Shown here: positions 1-9,553 of the stretch, piece by piece | How the letters are laid out: each line of letters begins with the position of its first letter | How positions within the stretch are numbered: position 1 is the first letter of the stretch | Source of the DNA: Candidatus Woesearchaeota archaeon | GTDB lineage: Archaea; Nanobdellota; Nanobdellia; Woesearchaeales; GW2011-AR9 | Assembly (NCBI GenBank): GCA_016188115.1 | Contig: JACPIK010000002.1 | Span: 1,064,077 to 1,128,076, forward strand | DNA: 64,000 bases | Direction: 5' to 3' | The notes under the pieces: model-generated | Told to the model about the DNA's origin: nothing | Seen by the model: the letters and a program-made list of their open reading frames with translations, nothing else | Database searches by the model: none | Program-made: the position numbers and the translations under genes

Positions 1-657
1 CTACGTCGAGTTTTTGGTCTAACTTCTTACTCCCTTGCTCTACGTGTTGAAAAAAATATGGATGCTATTCTCGCTGCAGCTGTTGAAATTGCCCAAAAAC
101 AAAATTACCTTTCTCTTATTGCTGCACATCGCTCAGATAAAAACTTCCCTCTCACTTCACCCGAGATTACCAAAGCAGTTTCCCAACACTTGCATTCTAC
201 ATTCCCAAATTACGACTTCAAAGAAGATGAAACACTCACCATTGAAATACAAGCCTCGGGTGCTTATCTTTGCAGTGAAAAAGTCATTTGTTTTGGCGGA
301 TTACCCACTGGATGTGATGGTCGAGTTCTCGTTCTTGTTGATGGAAATGAAGGTATGCTCGCAGGACTCCTCACGATGAAAAGAGGAATAAACATCTTTC
401 CTATCTCCTTCCACGATATTGACATTTCCCTCTTAGAGAAATACAGTGCTAGTCATCTACAAATTAATAAATTCACCAATTGGCAGGAAGTTGAAGAGTT
501 TGCCCAGAGGAATAGAATTAACGTGCTGATGTGTGGTGAAACATTTGAAACATTTTCTCCAACTACAACAAACTTAGTCTGTCTACGTCCATTAATCGCG
601 TATTCTGTTAAACAAGCAAGAGAAGATTACACAAAATATCAGCAAGCCGCGATCTGA
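1..657 (+). CDS. thiI: ThiI-like tRNA sulfurtransferase (THUMP + degenerate PP-loop domain), 5'-truncated by window edge
   Basis: Frame is open from base 1 (LRRVFGLTSYS...). THUMP-like segment, then GGLPTGCDGRVLVL...MKRG as in ThiI, but the SGGxDS motif is replaced by DGNEG. Confidence 0.75.
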   Translation, partial: LRRVFGLTSYSLALRVEKNMDAILAAAVEIAQKQNYLSLIAAHRSDKNFPLTSPEITKAVSQHLHSTFPNYDFKEDETLTIEIQASGAYLCSEKVICFGGLPTGCDGRVLVLVDGNEGMLAGLLTMKRGINIFPISFHDIDISLLEKYSASHLQINKFTNWQEVEEFAQRNRINVLMCGETFETFSPTTTNLVCLRPLIAYSVKQAREDYTKYQQAAI

Positions 658-680
658 TTCCAAATCAAATTTTATAACTT

Positions 681-1664
681 TCACAATCCCACATACTTTG
701 TATAGATTTTAAGTGCTTCTTGTTTTGACTCTGCTCGAATTAAAGCCCTACCATCAGCAAAAAGTGTAATATTGTTCAAATGAAGAGAAAGAGAATCGTT
801 AACAGGATTCCCAATTTTTCTCCAGCGTTGCTCAATAGTTTTGAGGTTAACAGGTTTGCCTTGCACCTGAAATTGACCAGTAGAACAGAAGCGAATTGGT
901 CTGATGTCTGGTACTTTAGTAAGATACTCGTACTTCTTGTTGCAAGTGGGGCAGTCTTTGCGTTGATTGATCACGAGTGATTGGAGAGTAGTATCCCAGA
1001 CATTAATATAGGACAGTTTTCCAATTTCTTCTTTCTTGATGCTTTGTGTGATTACTCTCAACGTATGCGTTACCTGCAGTGAAGCGATTGCACTTGTTGC
1101 TGTATTAAGAACGCCTGCGCTCTCACACGTCTCTAAATTCACATCCGAGAGGAAACAACGTAGACATGGTCCAGTAGGCAACACACTCATAACGTATCCG
1201 CTTGTCTGAATTGCTGAACCATAGATCAATGGGATTTTATTCTTACGACAATAATCATTAAGAACAAAGCGGGTATACATATTATCGGTACAATCAACAA
1301 TAACTTTTACATTCTTCAACAAGGAGATATTTCTTGCATCAAGAGAAATAGCGTAAGGGATGATTTTAATTTCACCGTTGACAGATTGTAACCGCACCTG
1401 TCCCGCCGCAACTTTACTTTTCCCAATATCAGACTCAGCGTAAAGAACCTGACGTTGTAAGTTAGATCTCTCAACAACATCGCGATCAATTAACAGGATA
1501 GTCCCAACACCTGCCCGTGCTAAAAGTTCAGCAGTAACACTACCTAACGCGCCCAGACCAACGATAGCAACAATAGCGTCGCTAATTTTTTTTTGTCCGG
1601 TCAGTCCGATTTGTGGAAGTATTTCTTGTCGTGCGTAACGACTTGGTTTTTTTGATTGATTCAT
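681..1664 (-). CDS. ThiF/MoeB/UbaA E1-like adenylyltransferase
   Basis: RYARQ, GLGALG, DRDVVERSNLQRQ, DCTDN, CLRC...CESAGV, CPTC motifs. Confidence 0.93.
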   Translation of the reverse strand: MNQSKKPSRYARQEILPQIGLTGQKKISDAIVAIVGLGALGSVTAELLARAGVGTILLIDRDVVERSNLQRQVLYAESDIGKSKVAAGQVRLQSVNGEIKIIPYAISLDARNISLLKNVKVIVDCTDNMYTRFVLNDYCRKNKIPLIYGSAIQTSGYVMSVLPTGPCLRCFLSDVNLETCESAGVLNTATSAIASLQVTHTLRVITQSIKKEEIGKLSYINVWDTTLQSLVINQRKDCPTCNKKYEYLTKVPDIRPIRFCSTGQFQVQGKPVNLKTIEQRWRKIGNPVNDSLSLHLNNITLFADGRALIRAESKQEALKIYTKYVGL

Positions 1665-2679
1665 TTTTGATTTTGCTCTTGGTTTTTGTTGAATTAGATC
1701 TTTTTTTGAGCTCTATTGGTTTTTGTTTTGTATTATCTTTTTTCATTGCTAATTGTACAATTGCTTTCATCTTACACGCATTACATACCTCAGCATTCGC
1801 CGGTTCGCCACACTCTTTACATTCTCTGATCTGCACGCTCTCTTTTTGTCCAGTCTGTTTGAGCAACGGTAAAATATCCAAATAGGAATTAATTACACCT
1901 TGCTTTGTACCTCGATATTTCTCTTCAAATTGATTTAGCATTGTTTGAATATCATGGCGATATCCTTCCTTGCTATAAGGACACTCGATAAAATGAACTG
2001 GAAACGCTTTAAGGTATGCATAAAGCCGCACTTCTTTCTCAGGACAAAGATATAATGGCTTTACTCGTTGCACCAGTCCTTCTTGTTCTTCAACACCAGA
2101 AATTGGACCAAGGCGTCCTGCAAGAGTTGTATTTGCCTTAAACAGATTCATGATAATCGCCTGAGCTTCATCATCAAGATTGTGACCAGTCACAACTTTC
2201 GTTGCTCCCTGCTGGCGAGCATATTTATTAAGAAGATAACGTCGCCACACTCCACAAACATTACATGGTTTTTTCTTATCACTCTTATTGATAATGGGAT
2301 ATGCTTGGTCAAGTGTTGCGCCAAATTCATCTTTTGCAGTGGTTTTAATGAGTTTAATTTTATGTTGTTTACAAAACACTTCAAGATCTTTAAGAGTAGT
2401 AGAACGATAACCCTTGATACCTTCATCAACGACTAAGGCGAAAAGATTTTCAGTAGGAATCTGATGTTTTTGACAATATTTCTTGACCAGATAAAGTACA
2501 CTTAGGGAATCTTTCCCTCCTGAAGCCGCGACACACAGTTTGTCATCTCGGTTGATGAGATGAAAACGATTGATCGTCTTAAAAACTCGTTCTTCAAAGT
2601 AATCAATAAAATGGATCTTACAGATTGGTCCATGCTGCAGTTCAATAACTGCTTTCTGGGTGCATTGAGAACACTGCAT
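1582..2679 (-). CDS. tRNA 2-thiolation protein, TtuA/NcsA/Ctu1 family
   Basis: N-terminal CxxC...CxxH zinc finger, SGGKDS PP-loop, CNVC, GHNLDD, CPY, C-terminal CxxC/CxxC; Lys-rich tail overlaps the next gene. Confidence 0.92.
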   Translation of the reverse strand: MQCSQCTQKAVIELQHGPICKIHFIDYFEERVFKTINRFHLINRDDKLCVAASGGKDSLSVLYLVKKYCQKHQIPTENLFALVVDEGIKGYRSTTLKDLEVFCKQHKIKLIKTTAKDEFGATLDQAYPIINKSDKKKPCNVCGVWRRYLLNKYARQQGATKVVTGHNLDDEAQAIIMNLFKANTTLAGRLGPISGVEEQEGLVQRVKPLYLCPEKEVRLYAYLKAFPVHFIECPYSKEGYRHDIQTMLNQFEEKYRGTKQGVINSYLDILPLLKQTGQKESVQIRECKECGEPANAEVCNACKMKAIVQLAMKKDNTKQKPIELKKRSNSTKTKSKIKNESIKKTKSLRTTRNTSTNRTDRTKKN

Positions 2680-2681
2680 TG

Positions 2682-2885
2682 TTAGCCACCTGAAATAACA
2701 CTGAGAATCTCAATACTATCATTAGCACTAACCTTTTCATCTTTTGTAAGAATCTCCCCCTTCCTCGCAACGAGAATTGTTTCGAAATTAAGTTTAAGAT
2801 GGTCACATAAATCAGCAATGGTTTTGCCTGAGAAATTTAATTTGAGAGTTTTATTATCTCGTTCGAGGTGGACAGTAATTTTCAT
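2682..2885 (-). CDS. Ubiquitin-like sulfur carrier (SAMP/ThiS/MoaD family)
   Basis: 67 aa, beta-grasp size, ends in VISGG; first gene of the operon with TtuA and E1. Confidence 0.92.
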   Translation of the reverse strand: MKITVHLERDNKTLKLNFSGKTIADLCDHLKLNFETILVARKGEILTKDEKVSANDSIEILSVISGG

Positions 2886-3037
2886 TGGTGTTGCCTTCTT
2901 CTCCTAATGAGCTGAAAGTAGTAGTGTTTTTCATTTGGTTTTTTATAAAAGCTTCGTCAATAATTTATCACTCTTTAGTGTTTACTCTTTTTTTTTTAAC
3001 TTAAGTTGGCTTTTTCCACAAAAAGAGGTGTTTGATT

Positions 3038-3562
3038 ATGTCAGATAAAGAATCGAGAAATCATGTTATTACAATTATTGCGATTGTGGCATTAGTTGCT
3101 ATTGTTGCAGTTGTCATGTTTGGATTTAACAAGACTGAATTTAGTTCTGCTCCTGCAGAAGAAGAAAGTGCTATTGCGGGAGAAGCGATCAATTTTAAAC
3201 AGCTACAACAATTAGGAGCAAATCAAAAACAACAGAGGTTTGATTTTCTCGCAGGTGAGACTCTGACCAATCATTATGGCAACACTGCCTATCAACAAAC
3301 GAAATCCGGCAATCAGATTTGTCAGGATATGGGATATAGTGGTTGTTTTGCAGTGCAATTGATATCAGATCAAATTTATTATGAAAGCTCTGATTTATCT
3401 TGTAGTGGTAATCAGTTTCATACCATGCACAAGTCACTCGATCATTGTAATATCGTTGGCAATTCTAATCCTTCAGCATGCGAGTCTAACACTAACCCTC
3501 AATTCTCTCGAACTGATTATAAAAGCCAACTTCGCGTTGCTAATGTTATTTGTAGAAATTAG
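3038..3562 (+). CDS. Membrane-anchored Cys-rich extracellular hypothetical protein
   Basis: GAGGTG RBS, N-terminal hydrophobic helix, six Cys in the C-terminal domain, T-rich terminator after the stop. Confidence 0.7.
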   Translation: MSDKESRNHVITIIAIVALVAIVAVVMFGFNKTEFSSAPAEEESAIAGEAINFKQLQQLGANQKQQRFDFLAGETLTNHYGNTAYQQTKSGNQICQDMGYSGCFAVQLISDQIYYESSDLSCSGNQFHTMHKSLDHCNIVGNSNPSACESNTNPQFSRTDYKSQLRVANVICRN

Positions 3563-3629
3563 GCATTTTCCTTTTTTTTCTTTTCTTTTTTCCATAAACT
3601 ATATACATACCATTCATTCCTAATTCTCC

Positions 3630-4310
3630 ATGAATCTTATCGAAGAATCCTATCATCGTTTGTTTCCAGATAAAGAATTCAGCTACAAAACAGAATTTGA
3701 ATACAACCGTCGCCTTAGTTCGTTTAATTCTAATATCAAACTCTATAACAACACTTTAAGTGTAGCCATGAATTTGCAGTGGAAGGATATTGATGATGAA
3801 ATCAAAATAGGGTTAATTCAACATTTATTACTCAAAGTGCTCAAGCAAAAAGCCACTACGTCAAATATTCATCTTTACCACCATTTCACTAAAAACATTC
3901 CTTCATTTACACCCAAAGAAGAAAGTCATCCAGTTCTTGCAGCATCTTTTGCACGGATGAATCAACAATTTTTTTCTGGAGCTATGGAACAACCCAATTT
4001 ACGCTGGGGCAGTGCGTCACGCCATCGCTTGGCGTATTATAACTTACACGATGACTCCATCACCGTCTCCACTCTCTTCCAAACTGCGCCACAACAGATT
4101 CTTGATTACTTGCTATATCACGAAATGTTGCACAAACACTTTCAATTTGAACATAAAAACGGACGTTCACATGCCCACACACCGGCGTTTCGTGCTGCGG
4201 AGGCCCAATACCCGAATCAAAAACAAGTTGACGTAGAACTCAATAACTTTGTTCGTCAAGCCTCTCGTCAAACCAAAAAAAGCTCATTTTGGTCTTTTTT
4301 GCAACAATAA
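3630..4310 (+). CDS. SprT-like/YgjP zinc metalloprotease
   Basis: HEMLH plus H..AF motif (HAHTPAF); the N-terminal half looks like a degenerate second copy. Confidence 0.75.
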   Translation: MNLIEESYHRLFPDKEFSYKTEFEYNRRLSSFNSNIKLYNNTLSVAMNLQWKDIDDEIKIGLIQHLLLKVLKQKATTSNIHLYHHFTKNIPSFTPKEESHPVLAASFARMNQQFFSGAMEQPNLRWGSASRHRLAYYNLHDDSITVSTLFQTAPQQILDYLLYHEMLHKHFQFEHKNGRSHAHTPAFRAAEAQYPNQKQVDVELNNFVRQASRQTKKSSFWSFLQQ

Positions 4311-4376
4311 CCGTCAATTTAAATTCAATTGTAAGATCACTTTGAAGAAACATTTAAAAATAAACAGCAGTTTTTT

Positions 4377-4592
4377 ATGAATATGTCAACAAAGAGATTT
4401 CTCTCTCTCAACGCCATGGATAAAATCATGCGTGATGCGGGTGCTCCTCGAGTCAGCGATGACGCAAAAGAAGCATTGGCGCAAATTCTTGAAGAGAGAG
4501 GTCAACAAATCTCTGCTGAGGCAAAACGTCTTGCCGAACACGCTGGACGCAAAACTGTAACGGATAAAGATATACGCCTTGCAGTGAAATAG
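4377..4592 (+). CDS. Archaeal histone (HMf-like)
   Basis: AGAPRVSDDA...AEHAGRKTVTDKDIRLA histone-fold signature. Confidence 0.95.
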   Translation: MNMSTKRFLSLNAMDKIMRDAGAPRVSDDAKEALAQILEERGQQISAEAKRLAEHAGRKTVTDKDIRLAVK

Positions 4593-4601
4593 GTGGTCAC
4601 A

Positions 4602-5003
4602 ATGGCTGAAGATTATGAAAAAAAACTGGTAAGCGTTGGAACGCTTAAAAAAGGAGACACCCTCATTATTGATAATGCTCCTTGTAAAATTACTGATACT
4701 GCAACGTCTCGTCCTGGAAAACACGGACACGCTAAAGTTAACTTAATGGCAGTAGGTCTGCTTGATGGCAAAAAACGTAACGCAGTTATGCCTGGTCACG
4801 ATAAAGTTGAAGTTCCTATCGTTGAGAAAAAAACTGCTCAAATCCTTTCCGTAGCTGGTAAAATTGCCAATGTTATGGATATGGAAACATACGAAACATT
4901 CGAGATGGAAATTCCTGAAGAATTAGACGGCCAAGTCAAAGAAGGCGTAGAAGTCCTTTACTGGTTGCTCATGGGAATGAAAATCATGAAACAAATTAAA
5001 TGA
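4602..5003 (+). CDS. eif5a: Translation initiation/elongation factor aIF-5A
   Basis: SRPGKHGHAK hypusine loop; AGGTGG RBS before ATG 4602. Confidence 0.95.
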   Translation: MAEDYEKKLVSVGTLKKGDTLIIDNAPCKITDTATSRPGKHGHAKVNLMAVGLLDGKKRNAVMPGHDKVEVPIVEKKTAQILSVAGKIANVMDMETYETFEMEIPEELDGQVKEGVEVLYWLLMGMKIMKQIK

Positions 5004-5014
5004 GGTCCTAAACA

Positions 5015-5179
5015 ATGGTTAAATTTCCTGAAGCAGAAGCACGCTTATTCAAAAACGTCTTTGTTGATCGTCGAACTAAACGTAAAATTCGCGCTAATCC
5101 CTTGAAAGTGCAATCAGGTAAGATTAGTGGACGTGGCGATGGCGCAACCAAGAATCTTCGACCAAAGCGGAAGAAATAG
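5015..5179 (+). CDS. rpl40e: 50S ribosomal protein L40e, cysteine-free variant (54 aa, not in the ORF track)
   Basis: Manual translation MVKFPEAEARLFKNVFVDRRTKRKIRANPLKVQSGKISGRGDGATKNLRPKRKK; MxxFPEAEAR start and LRPK end match L40e; GAGGT RBS. Confidence 0.85.
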   Translation: MVKFPEAEARLFKNVFVDRRTKRKIRANPLKVQSGKISGRGDGATKNLRPKRKK

Positions 5180-5291
5180 ACTTTAATCTTGTTATTCTTT
5201 TATCTTCTTTCATTTTTTATTAAATCTTAATAGTTCTCTGACATTGTCTAAAAAAGCAACATATAAAAAGCCCAAAAATGTTCTAGTCTGA

Positions 5292-6467
5292 ATGGTAGAT
5301 GTACTTGGCTTTCTCATTCAATACAAAGCTATTATCTTATTCTACTTAGCAGTTATCATTTTTCTTATCGTAAAACGTAAACAAATTGAAACACAACTCA
5401 AATTTATTTTCCTGTACCGTACCAAATTTGGTTTACGCTGGATGGATCATTATTCCAAAAAACACCGAGAGTGGGTAATCCTTTTAGGGTATATTGGAAC
5501 AGGAATTGGTTTTGTGGGTATGGGTTTTATCATTGTTGCATTGATCAAAAATCTTTATGACCTTCTTACTAACCCTGCAGCCGTTGGTGGTGCTTCGCTA
5601 GCATTGCCTGGCGTGAATATCCCTGGTTTTGGTGTCTTGCCATTCTGGCATTGGCTTGTGGCAATTTTCTTGATTGCTGTTATTCATGAATTCTCTCATG
5701 GCATTGTCGCACGAGCCTACAACATTCCCGTCAAAAATACTGGTCTGGCTTTCTTTGGTCCTGTGCTTGGCGCATTCGTTGAGCCTGATGAACAAAAGAT
5801 GGCTAAAGAGAAGGACATTGTGCAGTACAGTGTTCTTGCAGCAGGTGCGTTTTCTAACATTCTGATGGCAGTTATCGCGTTTTTCTTGGTTACTGCAGTA
5901 ACACAACCATTACTTAATTCTATGACTGAACCTTCCGGGTTTACCTTTGATATGTATGTAAATGAATCTCTTCCATTTGCTCAAGCAGGCATTCTCCCAG
6001 GTACCATTATCACTTCCGCAAATGGCAAGCCGGTGACACGTTTCGAAGATCTTGGGTCACAACTTCAATGTATGCAGCCAGGTCAAGTACTATCTATTGG
6101 CACAACTCAGAAAAATTATAACCTTACTTTAGCTCAAAACCCCAGCGATGCAACTAAACCTTATCTGGGAATCATGCAGATTCATAACGATGCAACATTA
6201 AAACCTGAGTTTACAACTCCTCTCTGGAAGTTCACACACTCTATACTTGATGTCATCACTGACTTTTTACGTTGGCTATTTTTATTAAGCTCAGGTATTG
6301 GCTTGTTTAATCTCTTGCCTCTCCCTATTGTCGATGGTGGAAGAATGTTGCAAATCTTCTTACGCAAACGCTATGGTGATGAGATTGGTGAAAGAAGGTA
6401 TCGACGCATCAGCACCTTCTTGCTATTACTCTTAATTGCAATCATGGTCTTGCCATTTGTGCTCTAG
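5292..6467 (+). CDS. Site-2 (M50) intramembrane metalloprotease with PDZ-like insert
   Basis: HEFSH, GAFVEPDE, NLLPLPIVDGG motifs; several TM helices. Confidence 0.92.
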   Translation: MVDVLGFLIQYKAIILFYLAVIIFLIVKRKQIETQLKFIFLYRTKFGLRWMDHYSKKHREWVILLGYIGTGIGFVGMGFIIVALIKNLYDLLTNPAAVGGASLALPGVNIPGFGVLPFWHWLVAIFLIAVIHEFSHGIVARAYNIPVKNTGLAFFGPVLGAFVEPDEQKMAKEKDIVQYSVLAAGAFSNILMAVIAFFLVTAVTQPLLNSMTEPSGFTFDMYVNESLPFAQAGILPGTIITSANGKPVTRFEDLGSQLQCMQPGQVLSIGTTQKNYNLTLAQNPSDATKPYLGIMQIHNDATLKPEFTTPLWKFTHSILDVITDFLRWLFLLSSGIGLFNLLPLPIVDGGRMLQIFLRKRYGDEIGERRYRRISTFLLLLLIAIMVLPFVL

Positions 6468-6495
6468 ATGTTACCAGAAAATCAGCGATTTATTC

Positions 6496-7761
6496 TTATT
6501 GTACTCTTTTTCTTAGCTCAACCATCGCTTCACCAATCATATACAACGACCCTGTCACAAGAACAAAGTCTCCTTGTTTAGCAAGAGCTTTCACAACAGC
6601 ATCCGTAACCACAGCAACTACTTCTACATCTTTACAATATTTCTGCACTAAAGGCAGGAGTTCTTGAGGATTGCGCGGCTTGTGATTTCCTTGTGTAAGA
6701 ATAACATGTTGAAAGTGAGGTATCAATAAAGGAATAATAGCTTCTTTTTCTGCATCATCACTCAACGCTAACAATAAAACACCATGTTGATATTTAATGG
6801 TCTTAAGGTACTGCAGTAGTACTTTGACACACGCTAAATTATGCGCTCCATCAATCAAAATGAACGGATTTTGTGAAATGACCTCAAGACGTCCTGGCCA
6901 ATAAGCCAGTTTCAAACCTTCTTCTATTGCTTTGGGAGTGATGTCCCATTCTTTTCGAGGTAACAACGATAACGCAGCCAGTGCAGTCGCAATATTGTCC
7001 AGTTGATGTGTTCCACGCATCTGTGTTAGAAATGTGCCATTAAACCCGCCACTCACTTTAAACATTTGTGAATCTAATGTTGAAGAGGCTGGATTGATAG
7101 TGACCCGCGATGATGTTTCATATAACACACTTCCTCGCTCCTTACAACGATCCGAGAAAACAGCAAGAACTGATTGATCTTTCTCAGCCGTCACAACAGG
7201 TACGCCTTCTTTGATAATGCCTGCTTTTTCGTGGGCAATTTTGACTTTAGAGTCGCCAAGAATTTTAGTATGCTCAAGATCAATATTAGTAATTACACTT
7301 ACTAATGGTCGGATCACATTTGTTGCATCAAGGCGACCCCCCATGCCGACTTCAATAATGGCAATGTCAACTTGCTCTCGTGCAAAATAAAGAAACGCTA
7401 ACGCAGTCGTAAATTCAAAATAAGTAATATCGATTTTTTCTTCTTCAACTTTTTGCCGTACTTCCCGAATGAGTAAAGCCAGATCCGAGTCAGAAATACG
7501 CACTCCATTAATTTGAATACGTTCATTGAATGTTACTAAATGAGGGCTGGTATTAAGACCGACCTTGTATCCTGCATGTTGGAGAATGGATGCAAGAAAT
7601 GCACAGGTACTACCTTTGCCATTCGTACCTGCGACATGAATAGAAGGAAAACGGCGGTAAGGATAGTTAAGTACCTCCATCAGCGCACGCATGCGTTCAA
7701 GACCAAATTTCATAGCTCCATGATCAAGGCTATAGAGATAGTCAAGTTCCGGACTGGACAT
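6496..7761 (-). CDS. folC: Folylpolyglutamate/dihydrofolate synthase
   Basis: HVAGTNGKGS, TSPHL, EVGMGGRLDATN, WPGRLE, DGAHN, TGSLY. Confidence 0.95.
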   Translation of the reverse strand: MSSPELDYLYSLDHGAMKFGLERMRALMEVLNYPYRRFPSIHVAGTNGKGSTCAFLASILQHAGYKVGLNTSPHLVTFNERIQINGVRISDSDLALLIREVRQKVEEEKIDITYFEFTTALAFLYFAREQVDIAIIEVGMGGRLDATNVIRPLVSVITNIDLEHTKILGDSKVKIAHEKAGIIKEGVPVVTAEKDQSVLAVFSDRCKERGSVLYETSSRVTINPASSTLDSQMFKVSGGFNGTFLTQMRGTHQLDNIATALAALSLLPRKEWDITPKAIEEGLKLAYWPGRLEVISQNPFILIDGAHNLACVKVLLQYLKTIKYQHGVLLLALSDDAEKEAIIPLLIPHFQHVILTQGNHKPRNPQELLPLVQKYCKDVEVVAVVTDAVVKALAKQGDFVLVTGSLYMIGEAMVELRKRVQ

Positions 7762-7829
7762 GGGTAGTAGTGGGAGAAAGGTGTTTAAAAACGTATCTTT
7801 TAAAAGCTTCAAACATTCTAAATTATGGA

Positions 7830-8483
7830 ATGAAAAAAGTAGGGAAATCTATTGGCGAGGAGAAAAACTTAGATGAACAAGGATATGCGCTTGTTTGGAT
7901 GAGTGCGGGAAATAGTTATTTCAAAGAAGAGATCATTCAAAAAATTCTCAAATTTACTGCTGAGCATTTCCTCAAAACTATTGTAATAGCTCCTGATGAA
8001 CCAGCGCAACATACATTCAAAGCTTTGGGTTACGAGGGGAATGAGGTTTCGAAAAAAGCGAGATTGAATGCTAATCTACTCCAAAACAGGGCTAAACGCG
8101 TCATCACTTCAATGAAAGATAAATCAAAATTCCAAGTAATAGAATGGATTGAAGAAATAGCGCCTAATCTCTATTACCAAGAGAAATTGAAACAGATCAC
8201 ACTTCTTTATTCAAAAAATAGTCAATTTAGAAGTGATGCGAATGAAGTTACAAGAGAGGTATTAATGAGTAAATCAAATGAAGAGTTTACTGCGGATGCT
8301 GTTAATGAAGGTGTTTATTATCTTCTCAAAGAGCTCGCTTTTGTAATGGCAAGTCCTACAATCTTTAATACACAAAAAGTGACATACGTGTATCATAAAG
8401 AGTGGCCAATCTTTCAGAAATTGATAACAGGTGTTTATGATGGAAAGGTGAGGGGAAATCTAAGGTTTCTTTTGCATAGTTAG
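7830..8483 (+). CDS. tRNA-dependent cyclodipeptide synthase (CDPS, NYH-type)
   Basis: MSAGNSYF (catalytic Ser + Asn), YLLKEL (YxxxE), YVYH motifs in the order and size of AlbC-type CDPSs. Confidence 0.85.
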   Translation: MKKVGKSIGEEKNLDEQGYALVWMSAGNSYFKEEIIQKILKFTAEHFLKTIVIAPDEPAQHTFKALGYEGNEVSKKARLNANLLQNRAKRVITSMKDKSKFQVIEWIEEIAPNLYYQEKLKQITLLYSKNSQFRSDANEVTREVLMSKSNEEFTADAVNEGVYYLLKELAFVMASPTIFNTQKVTYVYHKEWPIFQKLITGVYDGKVRGNLRFLLHS

Positions 8484-8597
8484 AGAAATCAACTTGGATT
8501 CAATCGTTCTGATGAGAATATCCCTTCCAAACCCCAAATCTTAAAAAAGGGCAGACCACTCAATATAACAAAAAGAACAGCATAAAAGGTGAGTTTG

Positions 8598-9527
8598 ATG
8601 CAGCAATATTGTGATCTTCTACGGTATGTACTCAAAAATGGTGTGGAAAAGAAGGACCGTACTGGCATTGGCACGAAAAGCATCTTTGGCTATCAAATGC
8701 GCTTTAATCTTGCTGAGGGTTTTCCTTTAGTCACTACCAAAAAAGTCTATATGAAAGGCATTATTCACGAACTCCTCTGGTTTCTCAAAGGTGAAACAAA
8801 CATACAATATTTGGTACAGAATGATGTCAAAATTTGGAATGAATGGGCATTTCAAATATATCTTGAAGAAAACAAATTAGAGCATCAGCATCCTCGCTAT
8901 TCTGAAGAATGGAAACAGATGCTTGAAAAGTTTGTCGAGAGAATTAAAACAGATGACGCATTTGCTAAACGCTGGGGAGAATTAGGACCAATCTACGGCA
9001 AGCAATGGACTCGCTGGGAAGGCCGTAATGGTGTGGAAATCAACCAAATCCAAAATGTCATAGATTTAATTAAAAAAGACCCAACGTCACGTCGCATTAT
9101 TGTCAGCGGTTGGAATGTCGGCGAAATTCAGGAGTTAATTCATCATCATCATCATGCTCCACCATCATGTCATACTATTTTTCAATTCATTGTTGTTGAT
9201 GGAAAATTATCCTGTCAATTATATCAACGCAGTGCGGATATTTTCTTAGGCGTTCCATTTAATATTGCCTCCTACGCCATGTTAACGATGATGATTGCGC
9301 AAGTCTGTGGACTAGAACCAGGAGAATTTATTCACACGTTTGGTGATGCACATATTTATTTGAATCACATGGAACAAGTCAGCGAGCAACTCTCCAGAGA
9401 ACCAAGATCACTACCTACACTAAAAATAAATCCCACAGTTAAAGATATTTTTTCGTTCCAATATAGTGATTTTGAGGTCATCAATTACAACCCTCATCCA
9501 CCAATTAAAGCAACGATTGCAGTCTAA
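8598..9527 (+). CDS. thyA: Thymidylate synthase ThyA
   Basis: [48 protein letters not shown]. Confidence 0.97.
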   Translation: MQQYCDLLRYVLKNGVEKKDRTGIGTKSIFGYQMRFNLAEGFPLVTTKKVYMKGIIHELLWFLKGETNIQYLVQNDVKIWNEWAFQIYLEENKLEHQHPRYSEEWKQMLEKFVERIKTDDAFAKRWGELGPIYGKQWTRWEGRNGVEINQIQNVIDLIKKDPTSRRIIVSGWNVGEIQELIHHHHHAPPSCHTIFQFIVVDGKLSCQLYQRSADIFLGVPFNIASYAMLTMMIAQVCGLEPGEFIHTFGDAHIYLNHMEQVSEQLSREPRSLPTLKINPTVKDIFSFQYSDFEVINYNPHPPIKATIAV

Positions 9528-9553
9528 GCATCTCCGAATAATAAGGTTTGAAA

